Below are positions 31,817 through 40,871 of a DNA stretch of 64,000 nt, in pieces. The DNA comes from an uncultured bacterium (lineage in GTDB: Bacteria; Eisenbacteria; RBG-16-71-46; CAIMUX01; WJJG01): assembly GCA_964573295.1 (NCBI GenBank), contig CAZNJE010000002.1:31351-95350 (forward strand). The letters run 5' to 3'. Positions within the stretch are counted from its first letter, which is position 1, and every line of letters starts with the position of its first letter. The position numbers and the translations under genes are program-made. Below the pieces are notes generated by a model. That model worked only from the letters and a program-made list of their open reading frames with translations, was not told where the DNA came from and made no database searches.

Positions 31817-32881
31817 ATGGATCCCAGCGTGCTGATCCCGATCCCCGACTCGATCCCTGTTCATTGGGGTTGGTTCAAGTTCCTTCTGATCCTGACCTTC
31901 GTGCTCCACCTGCTCCTCATGAACCTCATGCTGGGCGGTGGGCTGCTGGCGCTGGGGCGCCGGCTGCGCGGGCAGGCCCCGACGGAGGAAGCTCGCAGTC
32001 TCCCGGTCTTGATCGCCCTCACGATCAACCTCGGGATCCCGCCGCTGCTCTTCGTGCAGGTGCTCTTCGGCCAGTTCCTCTACAGCAGCTCGGTGCTGAT
32101 GGCCGTGGGGTGGATCCTCGTGATCCCGGTGTTGATCGCCGCCTACTACGCGGCCTATGGGTTCGTGCACGGCGAGAAAGGGGGCGGAACGGCCGGCACG
32201 GTGTGGCTTTTCATCTCGACCCTCTTGATGCTCTTCATCGGGTTCATGCTGTCGAACAACATGACCTTGATGCTGCGGCCCGAGCGTTGGAACGTCTACT
32301 TTGCCCATCCAGGGGGCACCTATCTCAATCTGTCCGAACCGACGCTGATCCCGCGCTACCTGCATTTCGTCATGGCCTCGGTGGCGGTGGCGGGCCTGGG
32401 CCGGGCCATCTACTACCGCGTCCGCGGACCGCGGGCTGGAGAAGACGCCGGGAGCGAGGCCCAACGCGAGAAAGAGGTTCGAGGCGGATTGCGCATCTTC
32501 GGTTGGAGCACGCTTGCACAGATGGCGATCGGGCTCGTCTTCTGGATGCTCTTGCCCGAGCGGATCAACCGCCTCTTCATGGGCACCAGCCTGGTGCACA
32601 CATTCCACCTGTGGATCGGGGTGCTGCTGGCGGCACTGGCCGTCCACTTCGCCTTCCGCGGGCGGGTGTGGCTGACGACAGTCCTGACGCTGGTGACCAT
32701 CGTCTTGATGGTGGTGGTCCGCGACATGGTGCGCACCGCCTACCTGGAGCCGGTCTTCCATCCGGGCGATCTGACGGTCGTTCCGCAGGCAAATTCCCTG
32801 GTCTTCTTCCTGATCTCACTGGTCGTGGTCACCGGTGTCCTCTACTGGATGCTGCGCCAGGCGTGGAAGGCCAAGGCCTGA
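31817..32881 (+). CDS. Cytochrome bd subunit-I (CydA)-like membrane protein, short form lacking Q-loop (CydA'-like)
   Basis: 8-9 TM helices. N-terminal FVLHLLLMNLMLGGGLLALGRRLRG parallels CydA helix-1 heme-ligand His context. ATG at 31817 after CGAGGAA (TTG at 31811 is also possible). Confidence 0.7.
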   Translation: MDPSVLIPIPDSIPVHWGWFKFLLILTFVLHLLLMNLMLGGGLLALGRRLRGQAPTEEARSLPVLIALTINLGIPPLLFVQVLFGQFLYSSSVLMAVGWILVIPVLIAAYYAAYGFVHGEKGGGTAGTVWLFISTLLMLFIGFMLSNNMTLMLRPERWNVYFAHPGGTYLNLSEPTLIPRYLHFVMASVAVAGLGRAIYYRVRGPRAGEDAGSEAQREKEVRGGLRIFGWSTLAQMAIGLVFWMLLPERINRLFMGTSLVHTFHLWIGVLLAALAVHFAFRGRVWLTTVLTLVTIVLMVVVRDMVRTAYLEPVFHPGDLTVVPQANSLVFFLISLVVVTGVLYWMLRQAWKAKA

Positions 32882-32907
32882 GTCCCTAGAACGCACGAGG
32901 TGATGCT

Positions 32908-35595
32908 GTGAACTATCCCTTTTGGCAGGTCCCGGCCATCGGCGGCGGACTGCTCATTGCCATCATTGCCATCCTGCACGTCTACATCGCCCATCTGGCG
33001 GTCGGCGGCGGACTGTTCCTGGTATTGACCGAGCGCAAGGCGCGCCGGGAGCAGGACGAGGGGCTTCTGGCCTACGTCAAGAAGCACACCCGGTTCTTCC
33101 TGCTGCTCACGATGGTCTTCGGCGGGGTCACCGGCGTGGGCATCTGGTTCATCATCTCCCTGGTCCATCCCCAGGGCACCTCGGCCCTGATTCACAACTT
33201 CGTCTTCGGATGGGCCATCGAGTGGACTTTCTTCATCGGTGAAATCGTCGCGCTTCTGCTCTACTACTACCTGTGGGACCGCCTCGCGCCGAAGGTGCAC
33301 ATGGCCCTCGGCTGGCTCTACTTCATCTTCGCCTGGCTGAGCCTCTTCGTCATCAATGGCATCCTGACCTTCATGCTGACCCCCGGACGCTGGTCGGCCA
33401 CGCTGGGGTTCTGGGACGGCTTCTTCAATCCCACCTTCTGGCCGTCCCTTCTCTTCCGCACCGGCATGGCGCTCACGATCGCCGGGATCTTCGGCCTGGT
33501 GACCGCCGCGTTCTCGAAAGAGCCATACCGGCAGAAGGTGATCCGCTATTGCGGCACCTGGATCCTGGTGCCCTTCGCGCTCACGATCGTGGGAGGCCTG
33601 TGGTACCTGGGGAGCATTCCAGCGCAGCCGCTCGAGAATATCCAGATTCGTAACCCCGAAGTGATCCCCTTCACGCACGTCTTCCTGTGGACGAGCGCCA
33701 TCGTCTTCGTGGGCGGGTTGATCGCCTTGCTGCGCCTGTCGCCGGGACTGCAACGGCTGACCGCGGTCGTCGTCATGCTGATCGGTCTCAGCTGGATCGG
33801 CGGATTCGAGTACGTACGCGAGATCGCGCGCAAGCCTTACGTCATCTTCGGCTACATGTACTCGAGCGGGGTCACGCCGGCGCAGGCCGAACAGATGAGC
33901 GAGACCGGATTCCTGTCGCAGGCGAAGTGGGCAGTCCACAAGGAGGTGACGCCCGAGAACCGGATCGAGGCCGGCAAGGAGCTTCTGACCCACCAATGCC
34001 TGATCTGTCACACGGTGGGCGGTTACAACGACGTCCTGAAACAGACCGCGAAACACAATCTGATCGGCATGACCGCCCAGCTCAGCGGCCAGGGCAAGAT
34101 CAACACCTACATGCCGCCCTTCCTGGGCACCGAGGCGGAGAAGGATGCGCTCGCCGGCTACCTCATCGAGGATCTCCATGGCAAGCAGGAGGATCCTTTC
34201 CCGGCCATCGACGTGGCGCGCAAGGAATTCACGGTGCCCGAGTTCGATCCGGAGAATGACGACTATGTCCTCCTCGCCTGGAACGACCTGGGCATGCACT
34301 GCCTCAGTGACAGCGATCCGTGGTGGGTGATCCTGCCCCCGGCGAACTCGCTGTGGGCACAGCTGGTGCGCCGCGGGCCCAGCCCCGAGTTCGTCACCGA
34401 GGGCGTGGAGCTTCGCTATGAGGTCGAGACGGGCTTCGAGCACCCCGAGCGTCACGTCGAGTTCTGGGACCACGTCGCCTCGAACTTCGGCGCCACCCTC
34501 GAGCCGCCGACCGGCCTGGCCGGCAACGCCATGAGCGGCCACATGGAGCCCAAGGAGGGCGTGGCCGCGTTCGTGGCCGAACTGGTGCCGGTCGTGCCCT
34601 ACCCAGACAGCGGCATCTACGACCCCTACCCCACCTTCACGATCGAGGCCTACGACACCGCGACCGGCGAGCGGATCGCCCAGACGCGCATGGTGGCGCC
34701 CACCAGCTCCGAGATGGGTTGCAAAAATTGCCACGGCGGCGAGTGGAGGTTCCAGAATCAGGCCGGCTTCACGGCCGAGACCAGCCGCGACATCCTCCGC
34801 GTGCACGATCGGATGAGCCGCACGAACCTGCTGGCCGAGGCCGAGGCGGGTAGTCCCAAGATCTGCGGCGCCTGCCATCAGGACCTGGCCCTGGGCACCG
34901 AGGGAGATCCCGAGCTACTGAACCTCCCCACCGCCATTCACGGCTTCCACGCCAACTACATGCCCGACATGGAGGAGACCGCATGCCTCCTGTGCCATCC
35001 ATCCCGTTGGGACGGGGCCACCCGTTGCCTGCGAGGCCGGCACGGATCGCAGGTAGGCCTCACCTGCGTCGAATGCCACGGCACCCTGGAGGACCACGCG
35101 CTCTCGCTGGTGAAGCATGAGCACGAGGCGGGCAAGAAGGGCGCAGCCCGGCTCATGGCGCACCTGGAGCCCGATGCGGTGGCTTCGGTGGAGGAGATCA
35201 ACGGCCGGATGCCCTGGATCCACGAGCCCGACTGCCTGAATTGCCATCGCGCCTTCGAGCTACCCGACAGCGTCAAGGCCACCATCACCCACCAGGCCTT
35301 CCTCGACGCCGATGTGATCATGCAGTTCAACGCCTTCAACGAATGGACCACCGGCGGCGACCAGCTCTACCGCAACCGCACCGACTCGCGGGGCGTGATG
35401 TGCATCGCCTGTCACGGATCGCCGCATGCGATCTATCCGGCCGAGAACGCGATGGCCGAGGATCTGGATAACATTCCGCCCTTGCAGTACCAGGGCATCG
35501 CGGGCACCATCGGAACCGAGACAAGCTGCACAGTTTGCCACACGGTCCCGCGGACCCAGGAAGGCCATCACCGCCGCATCCTCTACCGTGATTAG
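32908..35595 (+). CDS. CydA-like quinol-binding membrane domain fused to a periplasmic octaheme c-type cytochrome domain
   Basis: Residues 1-310 align to CydA landmarks (ILHVYIAH helix-1 His; AIEWTFFIGE; LWDRLAPKVHM versus E. coli GWDRLGKVQHM). The C-terminal ~540 aa carry eight CxxCH motifs (CLICH, CKNCH, CGACH, CLLCH, CVECH, CLNCH, CIACH, CTVCH). GTG start with CGAGG SD. Confidence 0.85.
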   Translation: MNYPFWQVPAIGGGLLIAIIAILHVYIAHLAVGGGLFLVLTERKARREQDEGLLAYVKKHTRFFLLLTMVFGGVTGVGIWFIISLVHPQGTSALIHNFVFGWAIEWTFFIGEIVALLLYYYLWDRLAPKVHMALGWLYFIFAWLSLFVINGILTFMLTPGRWSATLGFWDGFFNPTFWPSLLFRTGMALTIAGIFGLVTAAFSKEPYRQKVIRYCGTWILVPFALTIVGGLWYLGSIPAQPLENIQIRNPEVIPFTHVFLWTSAIVFVGGLIALLRLSPGLQRLTAVVVMLIGLSWIGGFEYVREIARKPYVIFGYMYSSGVTPAQAEQMSETGFLSQAKWAVHKEVTPENRIEAGKELLTHQCLICHTVGGYNDVLKQTAKHNLIGMTAQLSGQGKINTYMPPFLGTEAEKDALAGYLIEDLHGKQEDPFPAIDVARKEFTVPEFDPENDDYVLLAWNDLGMHCLSDSDPWWVILPPANSLWAQLVRRGPSPEFVTEGVELRYEVETGFEHPERHVEFWDHVASNFGATLEPPTGLAGNAMSGHMEPKEGVAAFVAELVPVVPYPDSGIYDPYPTFTIEAYDTATGERIAQTRMVAPTSSEMGCKNCHGGEWRFQNQAGFTAETSRDILRVHDRMSRTNLLAEAEAGSPKICGACHQDLALGTEGDPELLNLPTAIHGFHANYMPDMEETACLLCHPSRWDGATRCLRGRHGSQVGLTCVECHGTLEDHALSLVKHEHEAGKKGAARLMAHLEPDAVASVEEINGRMPWIHEPDCLNCHRAFELPDSVKATITHQAFLDADVIMQFNAFNEWTTGGDQLYRNRTDSRGVMCIACHGSPHAIYPAENAMAEDLDNIPPLQYQGIAGTIGTETSCTVCHTVPRTQEGHHRRILYRD

Positions 35596-35606
35596 AGGGA
35601 GCCGTC

Positions 35607-36098
35607 ATGAGCGAACAGAAGTCGACGCACGCGATGGAAGGCGCCGCCGCGAGGTTTGAACAGGTCGAGGGCTTGATCTACGTACTCGCCGGGATTCTGC
35701 TGGCGGTCGTAGCCGTCGTCATCCTCGGCCATGCGGTCTACATGTTCATCGACCACATCATGAAGGGAGACTTCGGCAGCGCGGTGATCACGATGCTCGA
35801 GGAGCTGCTCCTGGGACTCATGGCCGCCGAGCTCCTCTACACGGTCACCGTCTCGCTCCGTACGCACAGCCTCTCGGCCGAACCGTTTCTGATCGTGGGG
35901 ATGATCGCCGCGGTGCGCCGAATCTTGACGATCTCGGTCGAGGCGGCCCACCTGTTCGCCAAGGATCCGGAGAAATTCAAGCTGGCGCTCTATGAGATCG
36001 GCCTGCTGACCGTGGCGGTCTTGATCCTGGTCATCTCCGTCTACGTGCTGCGCAAGGCGCGCCAGACCTCGCCCGGCGATCTGAGACCGGCCGGCTGA
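35607..36098 (+). CDS. PsiE-like (phosphate-starvation-inducible E family) small membrane protein
   Basis: 163 aa, 4 TM, helix pattern resembling PsiE. ATG follows GAGGGA, 12 nt after the cytochrome stop. Confidence 0.5.
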   Translation: MSEQKSTHAMEGAAARFEQVEGLIYVLAGILLAVVAVVILGHAVYMFIDHIMKGDFGSAVITMLEELLLGLMAAELLYTVTVSLRTHSLSAEPFLIVGMIAAVRRILTISVEAAHLFAKDPEKFKLALYEIGLLTVAVLILVISVYVLRKARQTSPGDLRPAG

Positions 36099-36108
36099 TT
36101 CGCACGCC

Positions 36109-37158
36109 ATGGCAGCTCGCGAGGTGGACGTGCAAGCCGGGCAACACCGGCTCCGACTGGACCGATTCCTCCGCGAGGCCTGCCCGGAGCTCAGCCACAA
36201 GGACATCGAGCGGCTGCTACGGACCGGGGCGGTCGAGATCTTCTCGGGATCCTCATCCGGAGTTTCGGAGCAGGGGCACGAGGAGCGGGGCCGAGTCGGT
36301 AACCACCGAACCTATGTGAAGCGGGGTGATCGGGTGCGCATCCGCGACCACCCGCAGGACGCAAAGACCGGTTCCGAACAGCCGGCGGCCCCCCCACGCA
36401 TCCTCGAGCGCTCAGCGCACCTTCTCGTCGTCGGCAAGCCACCCGGCATGCCGACCGTGCCGGTAGCCAGCGAGACGAAGGCCGATGGAAAGAAGGCCGA
36501 CAGGGCGAAGGCCGACAGGGCGAAGGCCGACAGGGCGAAGGCCGGCGCTCGGACGAGTCTCCTCGAGTGGGTTTCCAACGAACTGGCTGGTGAGGAGCCT
36601 CGACTTCATCCGGGCGTCCTCCATCGTCTGGATCAGGCCACCTCGGGGATCCTGCTCTTCTCGCTCAGCCCTACCGGACACCGCGTGGTGACGAGGCTTC
36701 TTCGCCAGCGAACGCTCGAGAAGCGATACCTGGGTGTGATCCGCGGCCAGCTATCACCAGCAACCGGAAGCATAGAACTGCCGCTGATGCGGGATGCATC
36801 GGGGCGGATGCGCGCCGCTGCCGCCGGCGCCCCCAGCCGGACCGGCTACCGCACGATCGAGTCGGGGAATGGGTGGAGCCTCCTCGAACTGGATCTCCAC
36901 ACCGGCCGCTTCCATCAGCTCCGGGCTCATCTGGCCGCGCTCCGCCATCCCCTCCTGGGGGATGACCGCTACGGCAGTCCCACACCCGAACTCACGCCGC
37001 CGCGCTTGTGGCTCCATGCCGCCCGGTTAGCGTTCCCACCCGAAGAGGCAAGGCGGCTTGGAGTACCTGCAACCCTGGTGTGCCCTCTCTGGCCGGATCT
37101 CGAGGCTCACCTTTCCACGTGCCTCCGTACCCACCCACGCGGCCGGGCCGGCAGCTGA
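36109..37158 (+). CDS. RluA-family 23S rRNA/tRNA pseudouridine synthase (S4 domain N-terminus)
   Basis: HRLDQATSGILLF catalytic motif, ...RFHQLRAHL. In-frame (KADRA)x3 insertion from a 15-bp repeat. Confidence 0.85.
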   Translation: MAAREVDVQAGQHRLRLDRFLREACPELSHKDIERLLRTGAVEIFSGSSSGVSEQGHEERGRVGNHRTYVKRGDRVRIRDHPQDAKTGSEQPAAPPRILERSAHLLVVGKPPGMPTVPVASETKADGKKADRAKADRAKADRAKAGARTSLLEWVSNELAGEEPRLHPGVLHRLDQATSGILLFSLSPTGHRVVTRLLRQRTLEKRYLGVIRGQLSPATGSIELPLMRDASGRMRAAAAGAPSRTGYRTIESGNGWSLLELDLHTGRFHQLRAHLAALRHPLLGDDRYGSPTPELTPPRLWLHAARLAFPPEEARRLGVPATLVCPLWPDLEAHLSTCLRTHPRGRAGS

Positions 37159-37219
37159 TCAGATCCCGGCCCGCGTACCCACCCGCGCGGCCGGGCCGGC
37201 AGCTGATCAGGTCCCGGCC
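37126..37219. terminator. Duplicated ~48-bp element with GGCCGGG...CCCGGCC stem-loop between convergent rluA-like and TDT transporter genes
   Basis: Two direct copies (37126-37171 and 37174-37219), each containing a 7-bp inverted repeat flanking a 17-nt loop. Positioned at the 3' ends of both convergent genes. Confidence 0.45.
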
Positions 37220-38229
37220 TCGGCAGCAGCCGTCGCCGCTGGCTTCGGCTCGCCCTCCGGTACGCAGATCTCACCAGCGAAGGCCGCGCGAATCGTGCGG
37301 ATGAGAACGACCACGACGACCACCGTCGCGAATGCCAACATCGCCATGCTGGCGAAGCGCATCACGAGGAAGCCGGTCAAATGGTAGTAGAGCATCGTCG
37401 CGATACTGATGGCCGCCAGGGGGAAGGTGTAGGCCCACCAGGACACGAAGTAGGGCGTCTTGCGGAAGCGGTTGGCCATGGTGAGCAGCAGCAAGAAGGT
37501 GAAGAGCGCCATCATGTAGAGCACCCGGTGGAAGTCGCCGAAGCTGCCGGTCAGCTTGTAGAGGGAGATGAATCCGACCGCCGGTGGGGCCAACATGATC
37601 GCCAGGGTGGGAATGAGCTTCTTCGGCAAGGGATCATGAAAGAAGACGCGGTAGAGCACGATCGCGAACAGCGCGACCCAGTAGAACAGTCCACCACTGA
37701 AGAAGAACCAGGACAGTTCCTTGTTGGCGATGTCAACCCCGGCGACCGGCACCAGGATGTTGCCCACGGCGGGGATGAACCACGCCGGGTTGAAGCTGTG
37801 CACGTGAAGGTCCCGCGTGATCCATTCGTGCAGGATTCGCATCGTGTAGATCAGATGGAGGGGCATGCCGATCCACCACAGCACAGCGGCGAGGCCCGGC
37901 TGCAGATGCATGAATCCAATGGCGAGCAGCAGCAAGGAAATTGAGATCGCCGGAAAGAAGTTTACTTTGACGTCGTGATTGAACTCTTCGGCCACCCGAT
38001 GAGGGTAGCGGCTCAGTTTCGCCACATAGAGCAGGGTCAGGATCACGAACCAGACGGCCGCCACATAAAGGATGACCTGACCGATCACGCCGGGCCAGTC
38101 CAGAATGGCCGCGGCGCGAAGGTAGGCGATCGCCAGGCCGCACAGGCCCATGACCGAGCCGTATAGGGTGATGGGGAAGTGGGCCAACCGTGAAGCCCCC
38201 ATATTGGGGGAAGATGAATGCGCGTTCAT
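37207..38229 (-). CDS. TDT-family (TehA / C4-dicarboxylate / SLAC1-like) anion transporter
   Basis: 10-TM profile and similarity to the tellurite-resistance/dicarboxylate transporter family. ATG at 38229; upstream ORF-track residues lack support. Confidence 0.8.
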   Translation of the reverse strand: MNAHSSSPNMGASRLAHFPITLYGSVMGLCGLAIAYLRAAAILDWPGVIGQVILYVAAVWFVILTLLYVAKLSRYPHRVAEEFNHDVKVNFFPAISISLLLLAIGFMHLQPGLAAVLWWIGMPLHLIYTMRILHEWITRDLHVHSFNPAWFIPAVGNILVPVAGVDIANKELSWFFFSGGLFYWVALFAIVLYRVFFHDPLPKKLIPTLAIMLAPPAVGFISLYKLTGSFGDFHRVLYMMALFTFLLLLTMANRFRKTPYFVSWWAYTFPLAAISIATMLYYHLTGFLVMRFASMAMLAFATVVVVVVLIRTIRAAFAGEICVPEGEPKPAATAAAEAGT

Positions 38230-38525
38230 ACCAGTCCCTTCGTCCTGCTCAATCCGTCTCGTGTTTTCACCGCTCTTTGGCCAGGCGACGACCCGATGCA
38301 AAACCGTAGCAAGACGCTGAAGTTCCCCGCACAGACAGGCTGCGACGATGAAATCGCGATGATACCATCCGGATACGTGCGCCGGGATGGCGGGACCACA
38401 GCTATGCTCGGGACAGCGGCCTCGGAACAGCATCTGACGGCAAGCGAGACGAGGCCGACCTCGCGCGCTAACGTCTTGCTATGCAATGATCTACGAAAAA
38501 CACGGAAGCGTCGGGGAGGAGGGTC

Positions 38526-39458
38526 TTGGATCAGCAATCCAGAGCCTATCTGCACGGACTGGGCGCCGTGCTGGCGTGGTCGACCGTGGCATCGGCCTTC
38601 AAGCTGACGCTGCGGGAGCTGACGCCGGTGGCCATGCTCTTCTACGCGTCCCTGACCTCCCTGCTCATCCTGCTGGCCATCTTGACCTGGCAGGGCCGTC
38701 TGGGGGTCTTGAGGCAGATCCGGGGTCGCGAGTGGCTCGCCTATGCCGGGCTCGGGTTCCTCAACCCGTTTCTCTACTACACGATCCTCTTCCGCGCCTA
38801 CCAGCTCCTGCCCGGCCAGGAGGCTCAGGCTCTCAATTACACCTGGGCCATCACGCTGGCGCTCTTGTCGATTCCGATTCTGAAGCAGCGTATCCGGCCC
38901 GCCAGCCTCGTGGCGCTCGTGATCAGCTTTGCGGGGGTCTGGGTCATCTCCACACGGGGGGACGTGTTCTCGACGCACTTCGCCGAGCCGGTGGGCGTGC
39001 TGCTGGCGGTGGGCAGTTCGGTCGTTTGGGCGCTCTTCTGGATCGGCAACGTGCGCGATCCTCGGGACGAGATCGTCAAGCTGGCCCTGTGTTTCGTCTT
39101 CGGTACCGCCTTCGTGGGCCTCTACGCCCTGGCAACCGGGGATCCCTTGGCGGTGCGGTGGCCGGGGGTCGCCGGGGCAATCTACGCCGGCCTCTTCGAG
39201 ATGGGTCTCACGTTCGTCCTGTGGCTCACGGCCCTGCGGCTCTCACGCACGACCGCGCAGGTAGGCAACCTCATCTTCCTGTCGCCCTTCATCTCACTGG
39301 TGCTGCTTCACTTCGTGGTCGGTGAGGAGATCTTCCGCTCCTCGATCGTGGGGCTGGTACTCATCCTCGCCGGCATCGCCCTGCAGCGGCGCACCGACCG
39401 GATCACTCGGCAAACCGCGCCAGTGAGCCAACCCGCCGCCGGCAGCTGTGATCCGTGA
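38526..39458 (+). CDS. EamA/DMT-family transporter
   Basis: Two EamA-like 5-TM halves. TTG start preceded by GGGGAGGAGGG. Confidence 0.8.
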   Translation: MDQQSRAYLHGLGAVLAWSTVASAFKLTLRELTPVAMLFYASLTSLLILLAILTWQGRLGVLRQIRGREWLAYAGLGFLNPFLYYTILFRAYQLLPGQEAQALNYTWAITLALLSIPILKQRIRPASLVALVISFAGVWVISTRGDVFSTHFAEPVGVLLAVGSSVVWALFWIGNVRDPRDEIVKLALCFVFGTAFVGLYALATGDPLAVRWPGVAGAIYAGLFEMGLTFVLWLTALRLSRTTAQVGNLIFLSPFISLVLLHFVVGEEIFRSSIVGLVLILAGIALQRRTDRITRQTAPVSQPAAGSCDP

Positions 39459-39536
39459 GCCCACCCGCCCGGCCGGCAGCAGTGAACCGTGAGCCACCCG
39501 CCCGGCCGGCGGCCGCGAGACCGCAAGCTGGGCGCG

Positions 39537-40832
39537 TCAATCGGTTGCCTGCACCACGCGACGCATGAACTGATCACCCACCATCAGGCCGAGGGCGCCG
39601 TGCCTGGCCTGTACCTCGTCGAAGGCGGTCGTCTCGTCCGGCTCATCACCGCGCCGCCAGATGGCGACCGGCACCGGATCACGTCCGTGCTGGCCCGTCT
39701 CGACCGGCGTCGGATGATCGGGCAGAACGGCCAGCGTCCACTGCGGGCTGCGGCCCTCGAGGCCTTCCAGGATCGGGCGCACCAGCCGGTCGTCGAGGTA
39801 CTCGATGCAACGGATCTTGAGATCCAGATCGCGCGCGTGCCCCGCCTCGTCCGAAGCCTCCACGTGGACGTAGACGAGATCGTGATCGCGCAGAGCCTCC
39901 AGACAGGCTTCGGCCTTGCCCTCGTAGTTGGTGTCGTGCAAGCCGGTGGCCCCCGGCACCCGGATGACGTCCATGCCGGCATAGACCCCGAGACCCATGA
40001 TCAAGTCCACGGCGGAGATGACGGCGCTGCGAACGCCGTATAGCTCCTGGAGCGTCTTCATCCGGGGCCGGCATCCGGGCGACCAGGTCCAGATGCAGCT
40101 GGCCTCGTCCTGGCCCTTTTCTCTCCGTGCCACGTTGATGGGATGGTCACGCAGGATCTCCAGCGAACGGCGGTAGATCTCGCGCAGGCGCTCAGCGGTT
40201 GCCTCGGGGGCTGGCCCGGCGGTGCCCTCGGCGGTTGGCCCGGCGGTGCCCTCAGCGGCTTCAGTGCCCGCCCGCGGCAGGAGGTCTTCGGCCAGATCGT
40301 CGAGGTGATCGTGCGGTGGCGCGCATACTACCGCCGAGCTGGCCCATCCGCCGCGCAGCAGTAGAAGATGCCGGTAGCTGATTCCCGGATAGAACTGGAT
40401 GGGCCGGTCACCCCGCCCCCCGCCGAGCTCGCGATCCAGATCCCGGATCAAGCGCGAGGCTTCCTCACTCGAGATATGGCCTGCCGAGTGGTTCTTGATC
40501 CGGCGGGAAACCGGCGATACGGCATCGTGGAGGCAGATCAGATTGCAGCGCAGGGCCACGTCATCCTCGGCCACCTCCACCCCCATACTAGCGGCTTCCA
40601 GCACCGCCCGACCCTGGGAGACCTTGGCCGCGTCGTAGCCCAGGACCGCCAGGTTGGCCACAGCCGAGTCGGCTGGGCCCGTCTCCCCAATAGTGCGCAG
40701 GCAGCCCATGCGCCCCTGGCGTGCCACCTGGTCGATGGTGGGCTTCTGGGCCACCATCAACGGGGTCAGGCCGCCAAGGCGTTCGATGGGCACGTCCGAC
40801 ATGCCGTCGCCAAGCACGATGACTGACTTCAT
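39537..40832 (-). CDS. Cofactor-independent phosphoglycerate mutase (ApgM)-family protein; by context the 'proposed homoserine kinase' type
   Basis: Full-length ApgM-family similarity (MKSVIVLGDGMSD...HDTNYEGK...HVEASDEAGH). Immediately downstream of thrC in the same orientation. In-frame (AEGTAGP)x2 from a 24-bp repeat. Confidence 0.8.
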   Translation of the reverse strand: MKSVIVLGDGMSDVPIERLGGLTPLMVAQKPTIDQVARQGRMGCLRTIGETGPADSAVANLAVLGYDAAKVSQGRAVLEAASMGVEVAEDDVALRCNLICLHDAVSPVSRRIKNHSAGHISSEEASRLIRDLDRELGGGRGDRPIQFYPGISYRHLLLLRGGWASSAVVCAPPHDHLDDLAEDLLPRAGTEAAEGTAGPTAEGTAGPAPEATAERLREIYRRSLEILRDHPINVARREKGQDEASCIWTWSPGCRPRMKTLQELYGVRSAVISAVDLIMGLGVYAGMDVIRVPGATGLHDTNYEGKAEACLEALRDHDLVYVHVEASDEAGHARDLDLKIRCIEYLDDRLVRPILEGLEGRSPQWTLAVLPDHPTPVETGQHGRDPVPVAIWRRGDEPDETTAFDEVQARHGALGLMVGDQFMRRVVQATD

Positions 40833-40871
40833 GACTCTCCTCTGCCGACGCGCGGGCGACCGGCATCACCG

